From the human T2T-CHM13v2.0 reference genome, Homo sapiens: 64,000 nt of DNA. Made by a program: the position numbers and the translations under genes. The DNA lies in the NCBI RefSeq assembly GCF_009914755.1, contig NC_060925.1. One strand, 5' to 3'. Each line of letters opens with the position of its first letter. The first letter of the stretch is position 1. Below the pieces are notes generated by a model, which ran no database searches, was not told where the DNA came from, and saw only the letters and a program-made list of their open reading frames with translations. Shown one piece after another: positions 1 to 14,300 of the stretch.

Positions 1-484
<484 letters not shown>

Positions 485-811
485 CCGACTCACATTTGAG
501 AGTACCCCCACCACTATCCCCATGCCTCACCTTTAAAGGAAACATCGGGGCTTTCCATGAGTGGCTGCCTTCCCTTTCGAGGAGCACCTTGCAGTTCTGG
601 GCTGGATGGTGACTTTTTGGCATCAGTGCTCCACAGTGCCTTCTCTTCCTTGCTTTGTAGCTCATTTTATTGCTCCTCATGCTCCCACTGCCCCAATCAG
701 GTTGTTTGATCCTTGTCTCAAAGCCTACTGCTGCAGAGAGTCCTCTTTCTTGTTTCGCCCTTGACTACATATCATGGAGCTAACATTTCAAAGATAGAAA
801 ATGAAGTTTTC

Positions 812-1414
<603 letters not shown>

Positions 1415-3287
1415 TGAAATTTTTCTTTATCCTTCTCCTCTTTGATTTTAGATGCCTCAGTTTCCCATAGATTCCCCTTTCCCAATTTTCATTCCATTTT
1501 ATATCCAAGTACTTGGCATTCTTTATATCTCTGAAACCCAAGCTTCAATAGGATTCTGAGCATGACCAAAATGGAAGGGTGTTGTTTTCTAGTCTCTGTT
1601 ATCCAGTTACCTGGACCTTTTACTTTGTAATGTGACTTAGTGAAAGTGTGTATTAGGAGTCAGATGTGGGTTCAAGTTCAGAATCTCCTCTCGCCAGCTG
1701 TGAGACCTTAAGAAAGATATGAAACTGAGATTCAGCTTCCTAGGACTGAGTTTTTTGTGGCTGAAGAAGTTAAATGAATATAAAAGTGATTTTTGAATTG
1801 TAAGCTGTTCATAAAACATAAGGGATTGTTATTTCTTGCTAATTCCATCTTAGCGCAGTTACTTAGGCAATAGGGGTTGAGGGACGGGAGACCCTGGTGA
1901 TCCACAACTTCGGTAGCTAGGGTAGACATATTTTTGGATAATGTGGGGCCGTCTAGTTATTACTGAAAAATCACACGTTTATTTCTCATGCTACCAGATA
2001 TAAATGTGTACTTTTTTTATTGAAGAAATTGAGGCAAGCTAGAAAAAAAATTTTTAAATTCTCTCTATATTTTCTATTTAACAAACATCTTTACTGAACT
2101 GGTTGTGTGTGTGTTCATGTGTGTATATGTGTGTGTATTTATTTTTGCCATTCTGTTTTTCTTACCTCCTTTTCTTCCACCTCTTTGGGTATGTATTTTA
2201 TCTTGGAATCTGGGAATTGAAGCAGGAACTGGTAGGAGCCATTCCCTTTGCCCCCTGGCTAGGTAGCTATTCAGGCTCCCTCTCTGCCTCTTTTAAGAGA
2301 TCAATTACTTACCATCCGTCAGTTTCTTTTATCTTTTGGAAGGAAACCTGTTTAGAACAGCCCCCTTGGGACTAGGGCCCCAGGCAGCGAGTGTAGTAGA
2401 GAAGTGAGGTCCAGATGCTGTATGCTGATGTAAAGTTGCGACTGCCCTCATGGAGCCTGACAGCAAGGACTGCAGAGTTTTTTCCCCATCTCTGGCATCT
2501 TTCCTCCATCAGCAGAGGGTCCAGGGTATCAGGATAATGACAAGACCTTGCCCTGAACAGTAGAAGGGTAAATACAAAGAAAGGAGAGAAATCAACGGGG
2601 AGACAATTCATATATAATGAGAACCTATTCTGCACAAGACACTGCTAGATATTCTACTTACTGTTGACCTATTTATTTTAATTCTCATGGAGCCCTGTTA
2701 AATAAGAATTACTCACCCTATGTTCTGGATGAGGTGTTAAGGCTCAGAGAAGTGAAGGTGGAGCTGGGATTCAAACCCAGGCCTGTCTGACCCCAAATCC
2801 TAGTATTTTTTTTACCAGTCCATGATCTGTCGGGGCTTTAAAGAACCACTTTGATGGAGACAGGCCATGCCCCTGCTATGTGGAGACCATGTGGTTAATA
2901 ACAGTGATTGGATGTTTGGGTGATTTTAGCCACAGTCTATGTCCTAGTAGCAGTAGTGTCAATAATTTGGGAGGAACACACCTTTGCCCCTTAGAAAGGC
3001 ATTTTACTACCCCAAAGTCCCAGAAACCTACAGAGCCCTACAGAACTACACAGAGCCAGGGGGAACTGGTATTTCCAGGGGTGGATTTATGCATTGACAG
3101 AGTTTACCATCATCCTTCAATTCTCAACAAATGCAGAGAACCAGAGTGTGGACAGATACTTTTCCTAAACCAACAGTCAAAACCCAGGGATACTGGGGAT
3201 TACTAAAAGTGTTGTAGTTTGTTTGTGTTTTGATATAGAAGGGACCTTGGGCCTTGACATTACAATGCAAGTAGACTACGGTGCAAA

Positions 3288-3306
3288 TGGCGCCCCCTGG
3301 AGCACA
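3288..3306 (-). promoter_or_regulatory. Candidate CTCF site
   Basis: Reverse complement TGTGCTCCAGGGGGCGCCA resembles the CTCF core; motif match only. Confidence 0.45.
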
Positions 3307-4324
3307 GAATTAGAATACAGAATTTCCATTTATTTATTCATTTATTCATTTCTTTATTTATTACTGTTCCAGACTTATTTTCTGGTTGTAACTTATTCAG
3401 ATAAATACTGCAATGAACTTGTAGCACCAATTGGACAGATCAGCTGGAGGTGCTGGGCAGTGATAGACAGTTTAGGTGGCTTAGGGAGCTAAACTAACGT
3501 GGAGAATATGCAGCTTTTTTGCAGACTGAGTAATAAGGGGACATGCATGATGCTTAGGTAACAGAAAGCAGTCCACTATGTAACCTGTATTTACAAATGC
3601 GGAAAGGACATGGAGAATGAGAGCAATTCGAGAGGGCTCCTAGACCTTTCCAGGTTTTGGCAGGACCTTCAAGGAGAGCGGCAAGGTTCACGGAGGAGGA
3701 TGGTGTAAGTTCTCTCAAAGCAGTCACAACCCGGGAAAGAGAGGCGCTTGATGGAGGAGATAAACATCCATGGACCGCGATGCTTGGTGCAGTCTCGGTC
3801 AGCTCACTGGGTCTGATGTCCTCCAGTCTACAGTGAAGGGCTTGGGCTGGATTATACCTGAGGCTTCCTGATGCTTATGGTTTTCATCTTTTCTGGCCTG
3901 AAGTAGGGGATAGAGAGGGCAGTTTGGGGTGGACAGCAAGCTGTCTGGAGAAGAAAGACTGGGAGAGCAGATGAATGAGGGCCGTTAGACAGGAGTGAGG
4001 ACGGCCGATAGCTGGGCTGTGGGCTTTAATCAGCCAGAGGAGCCTTGGCGGGCAGGTCTGGAGTGAACCACCCGGAGTCTTGGACTTCGATGGAGCCTGA
4101 GATGGGACAGTCTCAGCTGGGCCCTTCAGGGCCTCCCGTGTCTCCTTTGGTTCTCCTATGTTAAAGAAATCCCAGAGGCTGCTGTGGGCCCATGGGTGTC
4201 ATGCAGCAGCGAGTCCAGATTTGGAGTCCTGGACACCTGGGTTCTAGTCCCACTGCTGCCACGACTAGCACTGGACCTTGGCCTAGTTGCTTCATCCCTC
4301 TGGGCTTGTTGAAAGGGGTCAATC

Positions 4325-4636
<312 letters not shown>

Positions 4637-5597
4637 TCACACCTACTTCTCAGGGGTCGTGAGCATTAAGTGAATCAATGTCTATAAAATGGTTAGCAGC
4701 ATGCCTGGCTTATATACGTGTTCAATAAATGACCATTATTTTAATTATTATTAGCTATCAAGTCCCATCTCTCCTTCCAAACCCTGATTGTAGCTCCCTC
4801 CTCCAGCAAGCATCCTCTGATTAAGCTCACAGGTCTCCAGTTGCTCGTACACACTGCACCCAGGCTCTTGCAGCCTCACTTTGGGGTTTCCAGGTAGCAG
4901 TTGGCTTGTTGTCCTGAGTGTCCTAGGAACATGGTCTTTAGAGTGGGGACCTGTCTCCTTTCCTCCCCAGATTCCTTACTGCCCATTGCAGATTTTGGCC
5001 CTCAGGGCACTGGGCTGAGCCCAGGGTGCCTGGCTGATGGACTTCCTGCGACTCATAACTATTTCCTCACCAGGAAACACCCCCAGGCCCAGTGTCAGCT
5101 AGACTCGGGGCAGGACCAGCCTGCCAGCGGCTCAATGGCTCTAGCTAAGTTAGGGTCTGGCTCTGTGCCCACGACCTTCCTGGGGAGCTCGTCTCAGGCC
5201 TGCCACCCATCTGCCTGGCTGATGAGGGAGGAAGGCCAGCTATTTCTTCCTGCTGGAGGAATAGAGGTCCGTGTGGTGACTCCATCCGTTCTCCTCATGT
5301 GTGAGCTGAGTCCTGTGCATTCATCCGTTTAGTTCTCAATTCAGCAAATGTTTATTGAGTCTTCCACTCTGTGCCCCGCACTGCTCTGGTCCCTGGGGAC
5401 CTGGTAGGGGTCACTGTAACGAGGCTTTGCTCTCACAGCTGCAGGGGGTCAGTCAGTGGTGGTGGGAGGGGGCAGAGGACAATAGCAAGTAAACAAGAAC
5501 ATATGGACTGTGAATGAGTGTTATGATGTTAAAGATGAAGCAGAGTGGCATGAAAAAATCTGGTGTCTTCCAGTCCTTTTACAGGTGGCTCTTCCTC

Positions 5598-5736
5598 TTT
5601 TTTTTTTTTTTTTTTTTTTTGGAGGCAGGGTCTCTTTATGTTGTCTGGGCTGGTCTTAAACTCCTGGCCTCAAGTGATTCTTGCCTTGGCCCCCCCAAAA
5701 CACTGAGATTACAGACGTGATCTACTGTGTCTAGCC
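5598..5736 (-). mobile_element. Alu monomer (FLAM/AluJ-like)
   Basis: Poly-T then a diverged single Alu arm. Confidence 0.8.
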
Positions 5737-5999
5737 ATTCTCTTCCTCTTTTAAGGAATGCTTCCTAGTGTGTGGTAGGAGTGATTATTCTTAGCCCTGG
5801 GAGATCTCACAAACTGACGACTGAACAAAAATAGGGTTCCAAAGGGTCTGAGGAGACGTGAAAAATTCTGTGTCATGTCAAAGAAACAGTAGACTTGCCC
5901 ACTAGGGGCTTTGTTTTGTTCACGGCTGTAACTTCAGAATCCAGAAGAGTGGTACGTAGTAGGTCTTCAATAAACATTGATTGGCTCCAGAGGGCTAAA

Positions 6000-6250
6000 C
6001 GAGGATGAATGGATGTGAACGATACAGAAAGGCAGAGTTCCACAGACTATAAAGAACAGCTTTTTAATAGCTGTAGCTGTCAGCAGATAGAGAGGGCTGC
6101 TTCATGAGGCAGTAAGCCCTGCAGCCCGAGAGGGTTCAGGAAGAGCCAGGCTGACCACATGCTGGGCACGCTGGACCGGGGACTTCTGATTGAGAGGAAG
6201 GTTGGACAAGGTGACCGCCATTATCCTTTCCAACACTGAGGCTCTGCCAT
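6000..6250 (+). mobile_element. L3/CR1 3' fragment
   Basis: Resembles CR1/L3 3' end (ggttggacaaggtgac...cctttccaacactgag). Confidence 0.5.
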
Positions 6251-9200
6251 TTCAGCACCACCCCTTCCCAGGCCCAGCCTGCCTATGATTTTGCATCATA
6301 AATGCCTGGACTTTGCTGACAATGCCTATGTCTTGCTTGCCATAGAATTGTCCACGAAGAGGAGCCCTGACTGCTCAGCAGTAAAAGGGAAAATCACTTG
6401 GAAATGTACTTCCCTTTACTGACCCTGCAGCTCTGTCCTCATTTTATTTTTCTGTATCAAATTGCCAACAGTAAAATTGCTGGATGCATGGCATGTGCTG
6501 TTTGCTTCCTTTATGGCCCCTCATTCCCACCATTTGGCCAGTAGAGAAAACAATTAGTGGTATTGGCTCGAGTCTCAAGCTGGAGGACACAAAAGCAGCA
6601 AAGGCTGAGCGGGATGTGAGAGCTGGGCAAGCTGGGGTGACCAGAGCCGGGATGTGCCTGCACTCACATTACCGTATGTCTAGAACCTCCCACCCCACAC
6701 TTACTCATCAAGCCAGCTTTTTCCCCAATCATGCCAATTGTTCCTGAACCTACTGTCCTGCAGGGACCTCTTTGCTTGAGCTCAGTTCTTTCCTTTTCCT
6801 CCCCACTCCTTCATGTCTCCTATCAGGCCTGTGATGTAAATACAGTCTGGTCATGTATTGATTGTCTATTTCTAGGTCTTCTTTCCAAATGGCCTAGATG
6901 TTGCTACCTGTGTTGGTGTGTTGGTCTCAGAGGGAGGTCCCAGAAGGGAGAGAGCTTGTCTGTCTTGTTCTTTATAGGGAACTGCTCTTGCCACCTCTGG
7001 GCGTTGTTGTTATGTTTTTCAGTTTGTTTTGATGTGTTTGGTTTTTTGTTTTTTGGCAACCATGCCATCTCCTTGTGGGCTGTTGATCTACTCATAAAGC
7101 AGAGCTCTGAGGAGAGGAGACAGTTGATGCACAAGGGGTTCTCCAGCGGAAAGCATGAGACTGGGCCTCCCTTGCGTATTTTTCCTTTGCACAAATTGTT
7201 GCGTTCCTTCATTATTGCTCATGTCTAGGGGCATAACATAATCCTCAGTTTGTTCATTCATTCATTCACTCATGCATTCACTCACTTGTTTGTTCAATTA
7301 ACCACAGTTATTGAGACCCTTATATAAGACCATTCCTGGGCTTGACCTCCAGGATGTAGATATAAGTAAGAACCAGCCTCTGACCATACATCTAACCGGG
7401 GAAAGAGACATGTGGGCTGAGAAATGCCATAAAGCATAGCAAGCAAGTCCCATAATAGAGGTCAGAGACATGGAAAAGAAAAAAACTGTGACTTTAGAGT
7501 CAGACAGACCAGGGTTGAAATTCTGACCCCAGCTTTTATTGTTTTTATACCTACTCCAGCAAAGGTTTGATGGAATGATAACATCTATCTTCCAAGATTG
7601 TTGTGAGGGAGAATTAAATTAGATAATGCATAGTCAGCACTCTATAAATATGGATTCTTCCTCTCCATTGTCTAGGAGAATATAAAAGGAGTTACTCACT
7701 TTGCCTAGGCAAGTTAGGAGGGCTTCACAGTGGAGGTGGTTTTTGAGCTTGATTTTATAACACAGAGCAGTTTTCAGGTGAAAATGGAGGGGAAAAACAT
7801 TTCAGAAAATGGGAACAGGCATTTCCTTAATATCAACCCTAGTAATGAAAAGGCTGGTCTATTCGGAGGAGGAGGGCTGGAGCGTGTGCTAAGATGGTGG
7901 TTGGTGGGGGGCTGAAGATAAGATGGAAAAGAAGTTGGGAACCTGGTTATGAAGGGCCTTGGGTGACCAGCTAAGGATTTTGAACTTTATTATCAACAAC
8001 AAGGAAATAATGGAGGTTTGTAAGCAGTAAGTGATGTGAATCAATCTTGTGTTTTAGGATAACTCTAGGGGTAGGGGGGGCTGGGCATGTGTGGAAGTAG
8101 GAATGGAACAGAGGAGAGAGAGCAGGTAGATGTGCATCCAGGAGAAACTACAACCAGTCAAGCAACAAATGTTTATTGAGCAGCTATTATGTGCCAGGCA
8201 CTCCACTGAGCATTTGGAATACAAAGATGAATTGAATAGGATCCCTGGGATAGACAGATAAATAGGGAACACAATAAACTGTGGTAAGTTGTGCTAGAGG
8301 GGAGAACAGGTCCTGTAGAGGCCTTGGGGAGGGTCAGCTAATAAAAGATGCTGTGGACAGGCCACTCATTTATCCGCATAGGTGTGCATACATCTCACAA
8401 CTCCCGTGTGCCACTCACAGACAACTTTGTAAGGTGGTCCTGGTCTTGAAGTTATCCAGGAGAGAAAGATAGGTTTGAACCAAGGGAGAGACAATTCAGG
8501 AGGGGAATCATTTAATTCAAAAAGTATTCTGGAGTTGGAATTGACAATAGATTTGAGATAAGGATTAAGGGAGAGGAAGGGATCCAGGCTCATAACAGTC
8601 CCTCTGAAGGTGCTGAGGCTTGAGTGTCTAAGGAGAAAGGAAAACCAGCAGAGCAGCTAATGGGAATGACCAGAAACCTGAGGGACCCCTGCCCTCTGAG
8701 CCTCACTTCTCCTTATCTTAGAACCTAACCCAGAGGGAATCACTTCTCTCCACCCTCGCTTGGGCTTTCCCACCTCTCTCTTGAGATTCCTATCTCAGTC
8801 CTCTCCCAAAAGAACCAGGTTCAAATCTCAGCTCCCTTACCTACTGTGTGCGTGATGGTGAACAAGTCTCCCCTCTGGTTTGTGCGGTGGGAGAATGGGG
8901 GTGCTTGGTACTCTAAAACCCTAGGCTGATGCTAGGACATTAACTTTCATCATTGCAGGCAGCAGGTTGACTTGGATGGAGTGGAAGGGCATGGATTTGG
9001 TGAGCTAGAGATGGCGAGGAGGGTTAGGCAGTTGGTCTGGTTCAGAGATTTCTTTCTGGGGAAGGAGGTGAGAGGAACAAATTGGACCTCAGAAGTTCAA
9101 GGGCCTTCACAGGAACTCAGAGAACTTGCTACATTGCCTGAGCACTTCTGGAGCTCAGAGAACTTGTTCAGAGAACACTGTTACATTGCCCGAGCACTTC

Positions 9201-9320
9201 CAGAGCTCTCGATGTCACAGGAGGCTTGGAGGGAGGGACAAGAGAGGAAGAGAGCTCCTCCAACACCAGAATGGAGGTGGGCCCAGGGCCATGAGTAGCT
9301 GCGTCGTGTGGGTCTTCTCC

Positions 9321-9323
<3 letters not shown>

Positions 9324-9362
<39 letters not shown>
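9324..9362. repeat. (TG)n microsatellite
   Basis: ~19 perfect units. Confidence 0.98.
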
Positions 9363-9363
<1 letters not shown>

Positions 9364-9900
9364 CTCAGACCTGGTAACTAAATAAGGTTTCCAGGTGAAC
9401 GTGCAGGTAAGGGGGGCCCGGCCTAGATGCTCCCGGCACCAGTTGAGAGTGACCTTTGTGCCCTCCTATTGCTTCAGTTTTCACTGGGAGGCAGCTAAGA
9501 TATTTGGAAGAATCTTTAACATGAGCCCAAAAGTATTTGCTTCTTTGGTTATGCTATTACCTCATTCTCTGTTACCTGAGCCTCAGTTTCCACATGCGTA
9601 ATATGGGATACCAGTCCCTCCCTTGCAGAGCTATTATGAGATGAGGTGAGATTATGGAAGCAGAGCTCCACACTGCTGTAACACTAGCTAGTGTTTACAG
9701 AAGCCAGGCACTGGTCTATGTACTTTACAGATGCATGTTGCCTCATTAAAACCTTCACAACAACCTGAGGTAGGTACGACTATTCCCCAGTTTTGCAGAT
9801 GAGAAAATGGATGCAGATTGGCTGTTCTCTGGCCTGTGCTCTTAACCACCTGCTGCACCCTCTGTGATGTTATTACTATGCCTTATAAATTAGCTTTGCC

Positions 9901-10433
<533 letters not shown>

Positions 10434-10731
10434 TTATGGAAAGAGTGGCGTAAGAATCCTGACCCCACCCCTCCTCCATTCCTGCTCAGATGTGCTCAGC
10501 CCTCTCTTGGCCCGGCTGCACGCCTCCCTTCCCCCAACCTGTGGCCTCCACCCCAGGCGGGATCAGATATGGTCTTTGTCTTTCTGCCTGGCTGCTCCCT
10601 TTCAGGGGATAAAGGCCTCTGTGTCTGGGAACACTGATAGTTCAGGGGAGTTTGAGGGACAGCTTGGGAAGTCTGACAGGACTCCCTAAATAAACGCCTT
10701 TCCTCTCCACCCAGTGGCCATATCTCCCCAT

Positions 10732-10782
10732 TACCTTCCCCTAGGCTGGGTACCCCATTACCATGAGTTCTAGGGGCTGTGG
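10732..10782 (+). repeat. 51-bp unique-sequence segment, exactly repeated at 12341-12391
   Basis: taccttcccctaggctgggtaccccattaccatgagttctaggggctgtgg occurs twice. Confidence 0.97.
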
Positions 10783-11594
10783 AGAAGGCCTCTGCTTTCT
10801 TGGGCCCCTGCTTAGGGGGAAAGAGGAAAACAGAAGAAAATGTGCCTTCCTGGGGCACAATGAGACACTGGGGGTGGGGGTGCGGCAGTGGTGGGCTGTG
10901 CCATGGCAGGGAGCCGTGAACAGCAGCATCTCGGTGAGAGATGCTTTGACGCCACAAAGGACCCCATGTTTAACCCTGTTTTTCCAGCTTCACCCTGCAA
11001 ATTACTAGCTTTGTGACATTAGGCAAATTACTTAATTTCTCTTAGCCTCCACATTTCCATCTGTAAAATGGGGTTAATAATAGGTATCTTAATGGTAGAT
11101 GTTGAGGATTCAGTGAGGCAATCCACATAAAAGAACAAGCTCGGTGTTTTGGACATTCATTCATTCATTTAGATGTGAACTGGATGCCAACCGCATACCA
11201 GGGACTGTGCTGCATGCCAGGTCTGCAAAAGTGAGCAGCTGGACATGGCCCCTGCCTTTGTGAAAAAAAGCAATCTCTGCAAGGCATGGTGGGTGCCAGA
11301 TGTAAGAAGCATTACATAAAAGGCAGCTGTAAAAAAGTGGCAGAAGGAGGTGAGCCCCCTTCTGTCTGCCTCCAGAGCCAGGTCAGGCTTAATGCAAGGT
11401 CCTGCATCTGGGAGGGGACAGTCATCTGTACTGACTGGGAGGTCCATGCCCAGAGAGAGCTTCCATCCTCTCTGGACACTCACTTTAATGAGAAGCGGAC
11501 AAACTGGACTTCCCTAATGGAGGACAGTGGTGAAGCTTCCAAAAATTATAACAGATTTATTTATTTATTCAATGTTTTTAAAGTATTAGGCATT

Positions 11595-11862
11595 TTTTGT
11601 TTGTTTGCTTGTTTGTTTGTTTGTTTTGAGACAGTCTTGCTCTGTCACCCAGGCTGGAGTGCAGTGGCACGAACTCGGCTTACTGCAACCTTTGTCTCCC
11701 GGATTCAAGCGATTCTCATACCTCAGCCTCCTGAGTAAATAGGATTACAGGCATGCGCCACCATGCCCAGCTAATTTTCGCATTTTTAGTAGAGATGGGG
11801 TTTAGCCATGTTGGCCAGGCTGGTCTCGAACTCCTGGCCTCAAGTGATCCGCTCATCCCAAA
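11595..11862 (-). mobile_element. Alu (5'-truncated, AluJ/S-like)
   Basis: (TTTG)n tail then antisense Alu. Confidence 0.9.
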
Positions 11863-14090
11863 GTGCCAGGCCCTTTTTCCAAGTGCTGAGGATACAGCAA
11901 TTAACACAAAGAAAAAAGAAAATCTCTACCCTCATGGACCTTATATGGCTTCTGTCAGAGAGAGGGACAATAAGCTAATTAATAGGTAAAATATTAGTTA
12001 GTTGGATATTGATAAAATGGAAAATAATTAAGCAAGGGAAGGGGAATCCGGAGTCTGGTGGGGCAGTGGTCCAATTTTAAGTAGTGCAGTGAGTAAAGAA
12101 CTTACTCAGAAGGTGATAACAAGAAAAGATGTGAAGGAGTTCAGGGAGTAGGCACATTAAGGGGAAGAAGCATTCCAGGCAGAGGGAACAGCAGAGGCAG
12201 AGGTCCTGAGGGGAAAATGCACCTGGTGTGTTTGAGGAAAAGCCAGTGTGGATGGAGGGAGGTGAGCAGGGGAACTGGTGATAGAAGTGAGGAGTGTGCC
12301 TGCACATGTGCACAAATCATGAGGGGCTACAACACTGCCATACCTTCCCCTAGGCTGGGTACCCCATTACCATGAGTTCTAGGGGCTGTGGGAACGCCCA
12401 GAATCCACAGGTTAGGTAAGGGCACAGTCCCCAACAAGGACTGCCCTCGTTTCAGATGTCAGCTTCAAATTTGGGAGTCCCCAGGCCACCTGGACTTCTG
12501 ACCAAGTAACTACAAATTCAGTGGTTCCCACAACCCCTTTGGGATCAATAATTTGACAGAATGACTCTCAGGACTCAGGAAAGTGCTATACTATTACAGT
12601 TTTATTACACAGGATATAAATCTGGATGAACCAAATGAAGAGACACACAGGACCAGCTGTGAGAGGGTCCCAAGCATGGAGCTTCCGTGCCCTCTCCCTG
12701 TGGAATCAAGACGTTTCACCCACCCTGCACATCAATGTGTGTACCAACCAGGAGGTTCCATGACTCTAGGAGTCCAGAGTTTTTATTGTAGTTTTATTAT
12801 CAAATCATTTTGGCATGTGATTGAATTCAGTCTCCAACCTCCCTCTCCTCTCTGGAAGCTGGTGTCATGTGGCTCAGTGCCCTAACCTTCTAATCACGTG
12901 GTTGATCTTTCCAGCATCCTCAGCCCCAATCCAGAGTCACCTCATTAGCATAAACCCCAGTGTGCAATGAATAACAAAGACATTCTTATCACTTGGGAAG
13001 TTCCACGAGTTTAAAACTTCTGTCCCAGGAATGTGGACCAAGGCCAGAAAAATTCTTCCTTATTGGACCAGAGCCTTGAAGGAATCACAGGACTTAGGCT
13101 TTTACTTTGAATGAAATGGGAAGTCACTGGTAGATTTTGAGCACAGGAGTGACATGGTATAATTCATGTTTTAACAGAATTGCTTTGGGTACTGTGTCAA
13201 GAATAGATGGTGTGAAGGAAGGGCAGGAGCAGAGAGACCCATTAAGCAGCTACTGCAGTAATCCAGGCACAAGATGATAGCTTGGGCACCATTGGCATGC
13301 CTAGAGTCCACAAATAGTGGTCCATTTCTGGGATTATTGGGAAATGAGAACCAGCAGGACTTCCTTATGGATTGGACGAAGGGTGAGAGGGAAAGATCAG
13401 TCAAAGATGACATTGAGGCTTTGTCTTACGGACCTGGAGGAATGAAGCTGGCTTTGACTGAGAAGACCAAGTTTGGGGGTGGAAGATCGGGAGCTCAGTT
13501 TTGGACACATTAAGTATGAGAGGCCAATGAGACAGCCAAGTGGGGGTGTCCAGTAAGAAGTTTGAGCGATGCCACTGCAGCTGGAGGGAAAGGTCTGAGC
13601 TGGGATAGAACATCAAGTTAGAGATGATGTTTAAAGCTGTGCAACTGGTTGAATTTAACAAGGGAGCGAACCAAGAGGGAGGGGAGGGCCAGTCAGGACC
13701 CTTCAACAAGAAGAGGAGGAGGAGGTTGTGGAGCAGGCAAGAGAGGAGGAGGAAACCCAAAAGACTGTGGGGTCCTGCAAGACCAGGTGGGGAAGGTCTT
13801 TGAGGAGGGAGGGATCATCTGTAACAAGTGTGCTGATCCATTAAGCAAGATGAGGACGAAGATGAGGGCCAGTGTTGGATTTAGCAACTTGTAGGTCATT
13901 GGTAACTCAGCACTAAAAGTTCTGGTGTGAGTTCATGAGTGAATGGGAGGAGAAGGATTGTGTGTACTACTATGCTTCAGTGCTTTTGCTATAAAGGAGA
14001 GCAGAGCATGGAGGGGGTTGCTGGGCACAGGGTCAACAGAGAGGTTTTAAGAGAGGAGAGAATGCAGCCCCTTTGTATGCAGATGCCTGT
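11863..14090 (-). mobile_element. Long L2 fragment interrupted by MER21-like LTR
   Basis: L2-type motifs (gcattccaggcagagggaacagc; gattttgagcacaggagtgacatg; cagttttggacacattaag). Confidence 0.65.
12392..13065. mobile_element. MER21-like LTR, apparently truncated at its left end
   Basis: ccacaggtta..gggcacagtcc..gactgccc..cttctgacc..ctcaggaaagtgctatact matches recalled MER21 consensus. Confidence 0.7.
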
Positions 14091-14094
14091 GGAA

Positions 14095-14300
14095 ACAACA
14101 GGTTAAGAAACTAGGGATGTTTGGTCATGAGAAGAGGAGACTCCAGGGATATGTCATAACTCTCCTCACGTGCTTAAAGGAGTGTCATATGGAAGAGAAT
14201 TAGATTCATTTTATGTGACTCCATAGAGAAGAACTAGGACCAATGGCTACAAGCTACAAAGAGGAGGATTGTAGCACAGCCTAAATAAGAATTTTGTGCA
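14095..14300 (+). mobile_element. L3/CR1 fragment
   Basis: gaaactagggatgttt...agaactaggaccaatgg resembles the L3 ORF2 end. Confidence 0.55.
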
